A stretch of 64,000 bases of DNA from assembly GCA_031426555.1 (NCBI GenBank), contig JANPLN010000015.1, forward strand, positions 191,863 to 255,862, in the 5' to 3' direction. The DNA comes from Bdellovibrionales bacterium (lineage in GTDB: Bacteria > Bdellovibrionota > Bdellovibrionia > Bdellovibrionales > JAGQZY01). Positions 41,643-50,464 of this stretch are shown here, piece by piece (the first letter of the stretch is position 1; every line of letters begins with the position of its first letter). Under the pieces are notes generated by a model. The model made no database searches and was not told where the DNA came from. It was given only the letters and a program-made list of their open reading frames with translations. The position numbers were made by a program, and so were the translations under genes.

Positions 41643-41658
41643 GGCAAACGAAGTGCCA
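41643..41658 (-). promoter_or_regulatory. Sigma54 (-24/-12) promoter
   Basis: TGGCAC-TTCGT-TTGCC matches TGGCAC-N5-TTGC, 42 nt upstream of ATG 41600. Confidence 0.75.
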
Positions 41659-41753
41659 GTCGGGGGGCTATTTACCCTCCGAGGGAGGTGGCTGGCGAAG
41701 ATTGCTTCGCAGCTGTCAAAAGAATAGACAGTCGTTTTTTGAGCGCTGAAAAT

Positions 41754-41785
41754 AAAAAAGCCAAACATTTCTGTTTGGCTTTTTT
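41754..41785 (-). terminator. Intrinsic terminator after rpsI
   Basis: AAAAAAGCCAAACA-TTTC-TGTTTGGCTTTTTT. Confidence 0.85.
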
Positions 41786-41811
41786 GGAACACAAAATGTT
41801 GAGAACAATTC

Positions 41812-42207
41812 TTAACGTTTTGAGAACTGAGTTGAGCGACGAGCTCCGTGCTTTCCGTATTTTTTTCTTTCAACCATACGAGAGTCACGAGTGAGGTAGC
41901 CGGCCTTTTTCAGAGTCGGACGAAGAGTTTCATCAAGGCTAACGAGCGCGCGAGAAACTGCGTGTCTCATGGCTCCTGCTTGTCCAGATTCACCACCACC
42001 GCGAACAGTGATGCGCAAATCAACTTTACCGTTTTTGCTCACTAAAATAAGAGGCTGCATTAGAGCGGCGCGCGAGGCGGACATGCAAAGATACACTTCC
42101 GGCTTTTTCCCGTTGATCGTGATGAGACCAGTTCCGTTTTTAAGGAACACACGAGCTGCGCTTGTTTTTCTTCTTCCAGTTGCGTAAATAACTTTTTCAG
42201 CGGCCAT
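41812..42207 (-). CDS. rpsI: 30S ribosomal protein S9
   Basis: ATGRRK, GGGESGQAGA, LTRDSRMVERKKYG, QFSKR. Confidence 0.98.
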   Translation of the reverse strand: MAAEKVIYATGRRKTSAARVFLKNGTGLITINGKKPEVYLCMSASRAALMQPLILVSKNGKVDLRITVRGGGESGQAGAMRHAVSRALVSLDETLRPTLKKAGYLTRDSRMVERKKYGKHGARRSTQFSKR

Positions 42208-42228
42208 TCTTCTTCCTCTTCGATTAAA

Positions 42229-42657
42229 TTAAACGTTTAAAGCTTCAGGTTTTTGTGAGGCGTGAGGATGTTCCCCTTCGCCGTATACTTTTAGTTTTGT
42301 TAAAAGAACTTTTCCAAGACGATTTTTTGGGAGCATGCCTTTCACAGCATCTATCAACATAAACGTTGGATCTTTTTCTTTCATATCTTTGGCTTTGAAT
42401 TCTTGAAGTGAACCAAAGTAACGAGAGTGTCTGTAATAGATTTTATCGCTCCACTTGTTACCAGTCATGGTTACGTGTTTTGCGTTGATCACAACAACAA
42501 AATCACCAGTGTCGGCGTGAGGTGTAAAGATCGGTTTATTTTTTCCGCGAAGTACAGAAGCAATTTGAGTTGCGATACGACCCAAGCTTTTTCCATTGGC
42601 ATCAACAAGGTGCCATTTTCTTTCCACGTCTTCAGTTTTTGCCATCCAAGTACTCAT
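42229..42657 (-). CDS. rplM: 50S ribosomal protein L13
   Basis: WHLVDA, LRGKNKPIFTPH, GDFVVVINA, VKGMLPK; ATG 42657 after GAGGAG. Confidence 0.98.
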   Translation of the reverse strand: MSTWMAKTEDVERKWHLVDANGKSLGRIATQIASVLRGKNKPIFTPHADTGDFVVVINAKHVTMTGNKWSDKIYYRHSRYFGSLQEFKAKDMKEKDPTFMLIDAVKGMLPKNRLGKVLLTKLKVYGEGEHPHASQKPEALNV

Positions 42658-42736
42658 TGAGATCTCCTCGAAGTTTTGCGAGTTTTGCGAAGGAAAAGTG
42701 TTATAATTTTCGGCACTTATTGTCAAGAATGGTTTC

Positions 42737-43516
42737 TCAAGAATTGATAGGTTTCAGCAACATTGAAAGACTTTTTGGATAATGCACACTTTTTAGGAAG
42801 AGAGCATGGGCCGGGGCCGGCATTTTAGCCTTTCTGCGGTCCAAAGAGGCAATAATACTGGCAAATTCCTGTTCTGGCGACGGCCGTTGGGTGCACCAGA
42901 TCATTGTTCCCACGATGTTTCGCACCATTTGTTTTAAAAAACCATCGCCCACAATATGAAAAGTGAAGTTGTCCTCGGATAAAAGCCAATAGGCCGCAAA
43001 AATAGTGCGAACCGTGGTTTCCACGTCAGTGCCGGTGGATTGAAAGCTTTTAAAATCCTGCTGACCAATAAGATAAGTAGCTAATTTATTGAGTAAATTC
43101 ACGTCCATCGCATGGCGTACATGATAGTAATAGCTCTGCTTGAAGGGGTGGGGAACCGACGCATTTTGAATTTTATAGAGATACTCTTTTTTTTCCACAG
43201 ACTGCTGGGCATGAAAAGCCCGGGTGGTCACATAAAGGCGATTGATGCGCAGGCTGTCGGGGGTGAGGCGGTTGAGTTTGTGTAGGAGGTTGGCACCCAC
43301 AGGGTCCTTGGGTACATCCACATGGGCCCATTGGGAGAGCGCATGGGCCCCGCGATCGGTGCGACCCGAGGCCACCACGCTGACTTTTTTATTCATGATC
43401 TGGCCAATCTTTTCTTCGAGCACGCCCTGAATCGTCGGCTCCTGATTGGTTTGCCTCTGCCACCCAAAATAATCCGCACCATCGTAAGTTAAATTCATCA
43501 CTAATCGGTAATTCAT
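42737..43516 (-). CDS. truA: tRNA pseudouridine(38-40) synthase
   Basis: YDGADYFGWQRQ, SGRTDRGAHA, GFLKQMVRNIVG. Confidence 0.95.
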   Translation of the reverse strand: MNYRLVMNLTYDGADYFGWQRQTNQEPTIQGVLEEKIGQIMNKKVSVVASGRTDRGAHALSQWAHVDVPKDPVGANLLHKLNRLTPDSLRINRLYVTTRAFHAQQSVEKKEYLYKIQNASVPHPFKQSYYYHVRHAMDVNLLNKLATYLIGQQDFKSFQSTGTDVETTVRTIFAAYWLLSEDNFTFHIVGDGFLKQMVRNIVGTMIWCTQRPSPEQEFASIIASLDRRKAKMPAPAHALFLKSVHYPKSLSMLLKPINS

Positions 43517-43528
43517 GACACTTCTGTA

Positions 43529-43564
43529 ACGCAGATCTCAACAAAAAGGTACGGCGTACCTTTT
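43529..43564. repeat. REP-like palindromic dispersed repeat, copy 1
   Basis: ACGCAGATCTCAACA-AAAAGGTACGGCGTACCTTTT; reverse complement matches 63879..63912 at 33/34. Confidence 0.85.
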
Positions 43565-43571
43565 CGTAATG

Positions 43572-44339
43572 CTAGAAGGCGAAGCCGAAGCCGCCGGTGA
43601 TCATATTGGAGGAAAAATCTTTTTTGCTGTCGATGCCTTGATAGCGGCGAAATTGCAGATCAAACCACAAGTGGTTTACGCCGTAGTCTTCGTACATGAT
43701 GCTGGCGGCGTTGCGATCCAGTAAATTCATAGAGATGAGCAATCCTCCAGAGGCCGCGAGAACGCCGGCTCCGCCGAAGGTGGGATCATCGCCGTCGGTG
43801 CGATATTCAACAAACGTAAAATATCCCGCGCCGGCCTCCACGTAGGGGGTGAAAATCTGAGCGTCGGAAAATTTGAGTTTGTAATTGAGCATGGCCGTGT
43901 TCGGAAAAATAACAAAATTAAATTTTTCGCGCGGCACCGTTGCGGGATCGCTAACAAAGCGGCCGTTGCCTTCTTCGGTCGTAATTCCTGAGCCAAACTT
44001 AACAGTCCACTTGCCCAAAAGATTTCCCAAATAGCGCTCGTACTCGGCAACGATCACCAGGCTTCCACTGGTGCTATACATTTGTTGAAATGTGGTGCCG
44101 GAATCGCCGGTGATGTCGTAGGGACCGATGCTTCCGAAGCGCAGGTAAAATGCGCCCTTGATGGGTGGTAAATCGCTCACTTTGTAATAGAGAGCCTCGG
44201 AAGGTTTTTCGCCTTTGTAAAAATAATCACCCTCATCACTGATGGATTCGGGTTTCGGCGATGGCGGTGGTGCTTGCTCAGCAGCGAAAGACGATAAAAA
44301 AGAAAATCCAATAACAAGCACAACGATCCAACGACTCAT
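43572..44339 (-). CDS. Outer-membrane beta-barrel protein
   Basis: Signal peptide, alternating strands, FTPYVEAGAG, C-terminal GFGFAF; ATGA overlap with upstream gene. Confidence 0.75.
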   Translation of the reverse strand: MSRWIVVLVIGFSFLSSFAAEQAPPPSPKPESISDEGDYFYKGEKPSEALYYKVSDLPPIKGAFYLRFGSIGPYDITGDSGTTFQQMYSTSGSLVIVAEYERYLGNLLGKWTVKFGSGITTEEGNGRFVSDPATVPREKFNFVIFPNTAMLNYKLKFSDAQIFTPYVEAGAGYFTFVEYRTDGDDPTFGGAGVLAASGGLLISMNLLDRNAASIMYEDYGVNHLWFDLQFRRYQGIDSKKDFSSNMITGGFGFAF

Positions 44340-45604
44340 GTAAGTTGCTCCTTGCGCTGCCGTCGCCAAAATAAAATTCCGCTAAAAATTAATAATGCAA
44401 AAAAGCAAAACAGAAGTGGCTGTTCCATTAAAAATGTTGTGAGAAGCACAATCGGAGTCAGCACCGTGCGCGCCACCGATCGACGAGTGGCGGATTGCCC
44501 AACCCATTTTGCAAGCGGCGGACTGAGTAAGTAGTACGCCTTCACAAAGAGCTGACCCACGCTAGTTTTTAAAAGAATTTGATCGCGGAACGCGCGCAGA
44601 ACTTTTACATTTTTTTCCAGTGGTGATCCGTATGCAGCCGTGGCGATAAAGCAGGAGTTTTCATCAAACAGCCCGACGACATCGTCTGGTCTCACTTGCT
44701 GGTTGGCTGTGTCTAAATTCAAAAACAGCCCAATGTTTCCAGCAATATCGACAGTGGCTGCGCGAAACACATAATCTTTTCCGTTCCCCAAACCGTCGAT
44801 AACATCGTCTGCAAGGCCGTTTCCGCTGATCGCCACTTTATCGGTACAGGCACTGTTGATCGCGCTGAAGATAGTTCCCTCGGCACAAAAGAAGAGAACG
44901 TACTTATAAGTCGTGCCCAAGCCAGTGCCGCTCACACTAATGTCGCTGAGGTACGCCTTTTCATCACCCTTGGTAAGGGTGTAGTTGCAAAACCCCCCGC
45001 TGACGCAAGTAGAATCCGTATAGGTCCCGGTGAAAGCAGTTCCCTCCGTATCGACAACATGAATGGTAAATGTTATGAAGTCGTCATCGGAGCCATTCAA
45101 AAAGCCATCATTGTTTCCGTCGATGCCAACGCGAAAAGGTTGATTATCCACCATACCAGCGCAATTCGCAGTGCCGTTATCAAAAGCTGAACAAAGAGTT
45201 CCCCAAGAAACTCGCAGGGTGGTGATTTGATTAATGGCGAGAGTGGGGGAGAGGGACGCGGTGGCAGTGACTGGCTGCTCTGTTGTTATGGTGGTTGTGA
45301 GTTTTGGTGTTCCAAATTTAGACGTCGAAGAGAAACTAAGAACGAGTTCTGTGCTTGGTGTAATCCGAGTTCTGTTGCACGAGTCGGGAGTCGAAATCCA
45401 ATTCGTGGGGCAACTGTCGCAAGTTCCAGTTCCTGACGTGCACGCATCGCCGGCAAGTCCGCCAGCCACATCAAAACCAAGATCTGGTGCATTTTGATTA
45501 AAATTATAAATTTCGGAAAGCCCTGTGGGCTGTCCATTAAAAATAAGTTCTGCGTGTGCAGGAATTTGCCAGAATGCGAGGAGAAGTAGACTTAACAGAC
45601 GCAT
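44336..45604 (-). CDS. Exported Cys-rich protein with FN3-like region and C-terminal CFI-box (CFIATAAYG) domain plus TM
   Basis: GLGNGKDYVFRAATVDIAGNIG; CFIATAAYGSPL..VLRAFRD..GQLFVKAYY..SPPLA. Confidence 0.8.
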   Translation of the reverse strand: MRLLSLLLLAFWQIPAHAELIFNGQPTGLSEIYNFNQNAPDLGFDVAGGLAGDACTSGTGTCDSCPTNWISTPDSCNRTRITPSTELVLSFSSTSKFGTPKLTTTITTEQPVTATASLSPTLAINQITTLRVSWGTLCSAFDNGTANCAGMVDNQPFRVGIDGNNDGFLNGSDDDFITFTIHVVDTEGTAFTGTYTDSTCVSGGFCNYTLTKGDEKAYLSDISVSGTGLGTTYKYVLFFCAEGTIFSAINSACTDKVAISGNGLADDVIDGLGNGKDYVFRAATVDIAGNIGLFLNLDTANQQVRPDDVVGLFDENSCFIATAAYGSPLEKNVKVLRAFRDQILLKTSVGQLFVKAYYLLSPPLAKWVGQSATRRSVARTVLTPIVLLTTFLMEQPLLFCFFALLIFSGILFWRRQRKEQLT

Positions 45605-45652
45605 AGCATAAGGCTGACATGCTCCGCAGCTGTTGTCAAATCGAAGGCTCTT

Positions 45653-46654
45653 CTATTGAAAAAGCTTTTGCGCGATAAACAGGCCGTTTGAAGCAGCGCC
45701 GCGACGGATATTGTCAGCGACCACCCAAATTTGCCACGTGTTTTCGAAATCCCGTACTTTTTTGAGACGACTCACAAAAACATCATCTTTATCGGTCGCC
45801 GTCTGAAGTGATGAAAAATCTTTTTTATCTTCCATCACCTGAATGCCTTTAAAGTTTTTCAGAAGTGAGTAGATCTCGTCTTGAGTAGCTGCTTTTTTAG
45901 TTTCAAACCAAATCGCTTCCGCATGGGAATTCAGCGTTGGAACGCGAACTGTAAAAGCCGAAACTTTTAAATTTGGTAAGGAAAGAATTTTTTTAGTCTC
46001 AGCGACAATTTTGTTTTCCTCGGAGCAAAAACCATCCTCGTCTAAGGAGCCGATAATTGGATGGCAATCAAAGGCGATGGAGCGCTTAAAGTTTTTACCT
46101 GGCTGCGGACTTTTGTTATCGAGCACAGCCTGTGATTGCACGCGAAGATCTTCGATAGCCTCTTTACCAGCGCCACTCACAGATTGGTAGGACGCCACAC
46201 GGACACTCACAAGCTCGAGTGGCTTTAAGGCCTCCAGCGGAAGAACCATCTGAATGGTTGAACAGTTGGGGTTGGCAATAATCTGTGGCCGCGGTGGCTG
46301 AGCGATGTGATGAAAATTGATTTCGGGAACCACGAGGGCCGTTTTTGGGTCCATGCGAAACGCCGCCGAGTTGTCGATGGCGTAGGCGCCGTCCTCAACA
46401 GCTTTTGGTGCCCACTCGGCGCTGATGTTATCGCCCGACGAAAAAAACACCACATCGAGTCCTTTAAAACACTGCGGAGTCAGCGTGCGAACAGAAATCT
46501 CCTTGCCGCGAAAGGCAATCTTTTTCCCCAAGGACTGTTCGCTGGCGAAGAGTCGCAACTCATCTACGGGCGTTTGGTGCTCTTCAAGAATTTTTAAAAA
46601 CGTTTCACCGACGAGCCCTGTGGCGCCAACAATGCCTAAATTAATCTTTTTCAT
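45653..46654 (-). CDS. asd: Aspartate-semialdehyde dehydrogenase
   Basis: GIVGATGLVG, IDNSAAFRMD, IIANPNCSTIQ, SYQSVSGAG, VRVP, DNIRRGAA. Confidence 0.96.
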   Translation of the reverse strand: MKKINLGIVGATGLVGETFLKILEEHQTPVDELRLFASEQSLGKKIAFRGKEISVRTLTPQCFKGLDVVFFSSGDNISAEWAPKAVEDGAYAIDNSAAFRMDPKTALVVPEINFHHIAQPPRPQIIANPNCSTIQMVLPLEALKPLELVSVRVASYQSVSGAGKEAIEDLRVQSQAVLDNKSPQPGKNFKRSIAFDCHPIIGSLDEDGFCSEENKIVAETKKILSLPNLKVSAFTVRVPTLNSHAEAIWFETKKAATQDEIYSLLKNFKGIQVMEDKKDFSSLQTATDKDDVFVSRLKKVRDFENTWQIWVVADNIRRGAASNGLFIAQKLFQ

Positions 46655-47423
46655 AGCCGTCCTTTTCGCTGCGTTTGTGGAAGAAAATTCCGAAAACGGC
46701 GCCCAGTGTAGCATAGGACAAAAAGAGTGCAAAGAGCATGACCTCGGGTCGCAGCGCTATTAAAATAAATACAAGAACGCCGACCACCAGATAACTAAAC
46801 GGCTGTTTCTTGCGGAAGTCCAAATCCTTAAAACTGCGATAGCGAAACTGGCTCACCATGGTGATGGATAATAAGAACGAGAGGCAGAGAATATAGAATG
46901 AATGATAGGCGTCGATGCTCAGATCGTTAAAGCATAAAACCGAGCTCGAAACGATACCGGCAGCCATGGGAGTTGGCAGACCCTGAAAGTAATTTTTTTC
47001 TTCGCTAGCTTGCACATTAAAACGTGCAAGACGAAGTGCTGCGCAGGCCACGATGCTAAAACTTGCGAGCCAGCCCAAGCGACCAAAGGGCTGTAGCGCC
47101 CACATATACAATAAAAACGAGGGAGCCACACCAAAGCTGATCACATCAGACAAAGAGTCATACTGAGCTCCAAAAGGACTCTCCGTGTGGGTCATGCGGG
47201 CTACGCGGCCATCCAGCATATCAAAAACGGCGGCGGCAACGATGGCGTAAGCCGCAATGGTGAATTCGCCCCGCATGGCGTAGATCACCGAAAAAAAGCC
47301 GCAGAACATATTTCCGGTGGTGAGAAGGTTTGGCAGCACATAAATATGCACGCCCACGCGCTCGCGCAATTTTTTACGAGTTTTAAACTGTCTCACGTCG
47401 GCTGAGGGTTTGTTGTAGTTCAT
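46641..47423 (-). CDS. pssA: CDP-diacylglycerol-serine O-phosphatidyltransferase
   Basis: LPNLLT, DMLDGRVAR..FGAQYDSLSDVISFGVAP, LRLARFN, FQGLPTP. Confidence 0.95.
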   Translation of the reverse strand: MNYNKPSADVRQFKTRKKLRERVGVHIYVLPNLLTTGNMFCGFFSVIYAMRGEFTIAAYAIVAAAVFDMLDGRVARMTHTESPFGAQYDSLSDVISFGVAPSFLLYMWALQPFGRLGWLASFSIVACAALRLARFNVQASEEKNYFQGLPTPMAAGIVSSSVLCFNDLSIDAYHSFYILCLSFLLSITMVSQFRYRSFKDLDFRKKQPFSYLVVGVLVFILIALRPEVMLFALFLSYATLGAVFGIFFHKRSEKDGYEKD

Positions 47424-48046
47424 GCGAAGCCCCCGTACAGGGAAAAGAGACCATAGAGCAAAAGCGAATTTAAAACAGGTTGAGTAAAATTATCATCGAT
47501 TTTAGCCAAAGGAACAAGCTCCGTGAGAGCCCCAATAAGTCCCGAAAACAAAGCTGCTACAAACCAATGATCCAGCATGAGTTTATTGTAATGGTAATAA
47601 ATCAATGAAATGCCGGTACAAACCAAAAAAGCCGCCAGCGTTCCTTCAAAAGTTTTTTTACCAAGGATCTTCACCGACCCAAAGCGAATCCCAAAATAGC
47701 TGGCCAAAGGGTCTGCCGTCGCCAAAAAAAGAAGCGAGAGAGTCACGATGGTTGGCGGAAAGAAAAAGAAAATAAGAATCGTACCAAGAAATAAATAGGT
47801 GGTCCCAGTGATATGATGCAACTCGCGCCGACGCATGATCATGCCAAAAATTTTCGGCATCCACTGGTTGAGCTTCTCGTTGCGCAGCCGTAAAAAATCC
47901 AAAGAGATTTGCGGAATAGCAATACCCAGCAAAATCACCCAAGCCAACCAAACAGGACAAAGCACTTGGATCAAAACCATGCCCAACACACCGAGAAAGT
48001 GGGCCAATTTACGTTCTATATGAACATCTGCAGTTGCCTTAATCAT
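47420..48046 (-). CDS. CTP-dependent diacylglycerol/polyprenol kinase family membrane protein
   Basis: RKLAH, ADPLASYFG, KKTFEG, IDDN. Confidence 0.85.
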   Translation of the reverse strand: MIKATADVHIERKLAHFLGVLGMVLIQVLCPVWLAWVILLGIAIPQISLDFLRLRNEKLNQWMPKIFGMIMRRRELHHITGTTYLFLGTILIFFFFPPTIVTLSLLFLATADPLASYFGIRFGSVKILGKKTFEGTLAAFLVCTGISLIYYHYNKLMLDHWFVAALFSGLIGALTELVPLAKIDDNFTQPVLNSLLLYGLFSLYGGFA

Positions 48047-48123
48047 GAAGGTAGAGAGCTATCATAGAAGCCCAGAAGAGTCTCCGGCTAGCCACACACA
48101 CCAACGCTATGCACAACGGGGCT

Positions 48124-48272
48124 CCAGACTTTTTGAATCGAAGGCAGATTTTCAAAACTTTCTTTTTAGGACCTCTCGCCAACAGGATGTTGGCAGCTGC
48201 GAGTTGAGCCCAGGATGGGCGCGTCCTAAAAAGAAGGTTTTGAAAATCTGCCTTCGATTCAAAAAAGTCTGG
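48124..48272 (+). repeat. Long inverted repeat (49/50-bp arms) enclosing two GGA-loop hairpins; candidate structured ncRNA or MITE/REPIN
   Basis: Arms 48124..48172 and 48223..48272 differ by one indel and one G.U pair; internal GCCAACA-GGA-TGTTGGC and GCCCA-GGA-TGGGC. Confidence 0.9.
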
Positions 48273-48312
48273 TCTTCGTCTTGTAGAATGTTTTGGAGGT
48301 CGGTCTCAATAC

Positions 48313-48744
48313 TTAGTAGCGGATGATGAGGACCTTGTAGACTTTGCCGGCCATTTTAATTTCGAAGGGGTTGTCGCCGTTGGAGAGGTAGGCGTACTCG
48401 CTTGAAAATTGATTGTTAGGTAGTGGAAAAGTTTTTAGTTCCTGTTGGAAACGTAAATCATACAGCCCGGGTTTTTGTGAACAGTTTTTTGTCGTGAGGC
48501 GGATTGTTTCGTGCTGGGTGCTGAGTTCTTGAAATTCATGGGGTTTTTTGCAATCGAATTCGAACGTTTGCTGAAGCATATTTGCCGGCATTCTGCGGGC
48601 ATATTTACTTTTGGTTGATGCTTGGAACGAGGAAGCTGAAGTGAGTTGCGTGCTTTCTAAAAAATAAGTGGCCAACAGAAGTGTGACGACACAACATCTG
48701 TGGATGATTTTTTCGCTGCGGGTTTTTGGCGGCCGATATCGCAT
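48313..48744 (-). CDS. Hypothetical membrane-anchored or exported protein
   Basis: N-terminal hydrophobic helix, RMPAN linker, C-terminal beta-rich LSNGDNPFEI. Confidence 0.65.
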   Translation of the reverse strand: MRYRPPKTRSEKIIHRCCVVTLLLATYFLESTQLTSASSFQASTKSKYARRMPANMLQQTFEFDCKKPHEFQELSTQHETIRLTTKNCSQKPGLYDLRFQQELKTFPLPNNQFSSEYAYLSNGDNPFEIKMAGKVYKVLIIRY

Positions 48745-48750
48745 ATGTAG

Positions 48751-48777
48751 ACATCGGCTTTTTGACTGGTGACTTGA
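48751..48777 (-). promoter_or_regulatory. Sigma28 (FliA)-like promoter, leaderless geometry
   Basis: TCAAG-N14-GCCGATGT ending 6 nt before ATG 48744; no SD. Confidence 0.6.
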
Positions 48778-48858
48778 GACGGGTTTTTTGCATCCGTCTC
48801 ACTTTGATATGATAATTGATTAAAATAGTGAGCAGTGTCTTTATATGAGACGTTTCTT

Positions 48859-50283
48859 CTAGTCACATTTCAAGGCGACGGGCGCGTTTTTTCCTTCGAG
48901 GATTTTTTTGGGTCCGTACAAATCAAAGCGCAAATTTCCGGTTTTGCATTGCGCTTTTAAAATATCCAATACCTCGGCGGTGTTTTGTACGATTTTAGCC
49001 ACGTCTTTTTCGCTTAAACGAAACTCTGAGGCGATGAATTTATAGATTTCGCCCTGTGATTTTAAGTCCGCGTCCAACAATTTAAGTTTTTCGTAAATGT
49101 CGGCGCTGAAGTGGTAAAGCCCAATCAACCACTCGTTGCTTTTTGCACGGTTCGAGTAGGCGTATCGACCGCCAGCATCGTTGTCGGTGATGCGTGTTCG
49201 CTGCACGAATTGCGCTGCAGCGCCTTCCATCTGCTGAGGGTAATTTAAGTTGGCCATATTTCTGCGGGAAATATCTGTGTCCTCTGTCTCAGGCTCCCAC
49301 TTTTTAGATTTAGCTTTGCCCTTTGCATCCACCCAGTACAGGTACCATTTGTAATCGATATTGCCCACACGATCTTGTTGCGAAAAGATGTAATCAAGAA
49401 CGACAATTTCACTGAGTTCTTTCATCCAAACAGCCATCTGAAAATTGCTCAGCTGAGGGCCCAAAGCTTTTTTCATTTCGGAGTTTTTCTTAGCTTTTTC
49501 GATACCGGCTTGGATGGCTGTTGCGAGATCGGTATTTTCGCGAAGCGCGTAGTAAGCAGGGGTTTGTTGAAATTGTGTGTTTTGATTATTTGTGCGAAGG
49601 CCGTTGATTTCGGCGCCGTAGCGTTCGCCTCCGGCATGCACGAGAGCTCCAAAAATTTGCTGCATGTCGTCCGTAAAAAGATCGGATGTTGGCTGATAAA
49701 CTTCGGGATTTTTTTCTGAGCGATAGAGCCAGTCCCAGCCTTTACGAATCATTTCGCCTTTGCCCATTCTGTCTTCGTGGGCTTTGCGGGTGACGCGGTC
49801 GAAATGCGCCTGACGGTCCATGGTGCGGTAGACGGCGACAGGAACTTCAACCGTGGTGTCGAAAAAACGCGACAGATGATAGTACAACAGCGAGCTCGGA
49901 GAATAGGTTCCGCTGGTTCCGCTCTGATTCATGGACTGCTTGTATTTCGTCAGGGTCTCGTGACCGCTTTTTGAACCGCCACAGGATTTTTGTGCCTCAT
50001 AAGCATTTTGCGTAAGGCCCGACTCGCTGATGTCATAAATCATCGTACCAGGGCTGGTGCTCCACGTTTTGGGACAAAGTGCGATGGTCGGAGTGGTGTA
50101 AAAATCCAGGGAGCAGTATTCAATTTCCTCCGCCACATCTTTACTCGAATATTTTCCACCGGCGATCGGGGGCAAGGCGCGACAGTTTTCTTTAAGTCCG
50201 TTAGGAGACGTAAATTGCGTTTGAATGTTGGCGAAAGAACTTCCAATAAATCCGTTTAAGAAGAGAATAACTAAAACTTTCAT
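48859..50283 (-). CDS. Exported protein with atypical kinase-like motifs
   Basis: Signal peptide; YHLSRFFD..VPVAVYR, LDYIFSQQDRVGN, ITDNDAG. Confidence 0.55.
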   Translation of the reverse strand: MKVLVILFLNGFIGSSFANIQTQFTSPNGLKENCRALPPIAGGKYSSKDVAEEIEYCSLDFYTTPTIALCPKTWSTSPGTMIYDISESGLTQNAYEAQKSCGGSKSGHETLTKYKQSMNQSGTSGTYSPSSLLYYHLSRFFDTTVEVPVAVYRTMDRQAHFDRVTRKAHEDRMGKGEMIRKGWDWLYRSEKNPEVYQPTSDLFTDDMQQIFGALVHAGGERYGAEINGLRTNNQNTQFQQTPAYYALRENTDLATAIQAGIEKAKKNSEMKKALGPQLSNFQMAVWMKELSEIVVLDYIFSQQDRVGNIDYKWYLYWVDAKGKAKSKKWEPETEDTDISRRNMANLNYPQQMEGAAAQFVQRTRITDNDAGGRYAYSNRAKSNEWLIGLYHFSADIYEKLKLLDADLKSQGEIYKFIASEFRLSEKDVAKIVQNTAEVLDILKAQCKTGNLRFDLYGPKKILEGKNAPVALKCD

Positions 50284-50464
50284 GGGATCCCCTATTTTAG
50301 ATTTGCAAACCCGTTACGAGAGCGAATCTAGACGGAACTGCGCCGCAGCACAACAGGCAAAATTTGCAGGGTTCAAGGTAATCTCTTCAGTGAGCTTCGC
50401 CGGGGGTACTTGCCTCTTTACCGAGGCGAGCGACCCTGTTAAATGTTTGTTTTAAGGAGAATTT

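Noticed and set aside
48045..48326. 93-aa ORF on the + strand
   Set aside because: It runs across the long inverted repeat, has no SD or recognisable motif, and is better explained by the repeat.
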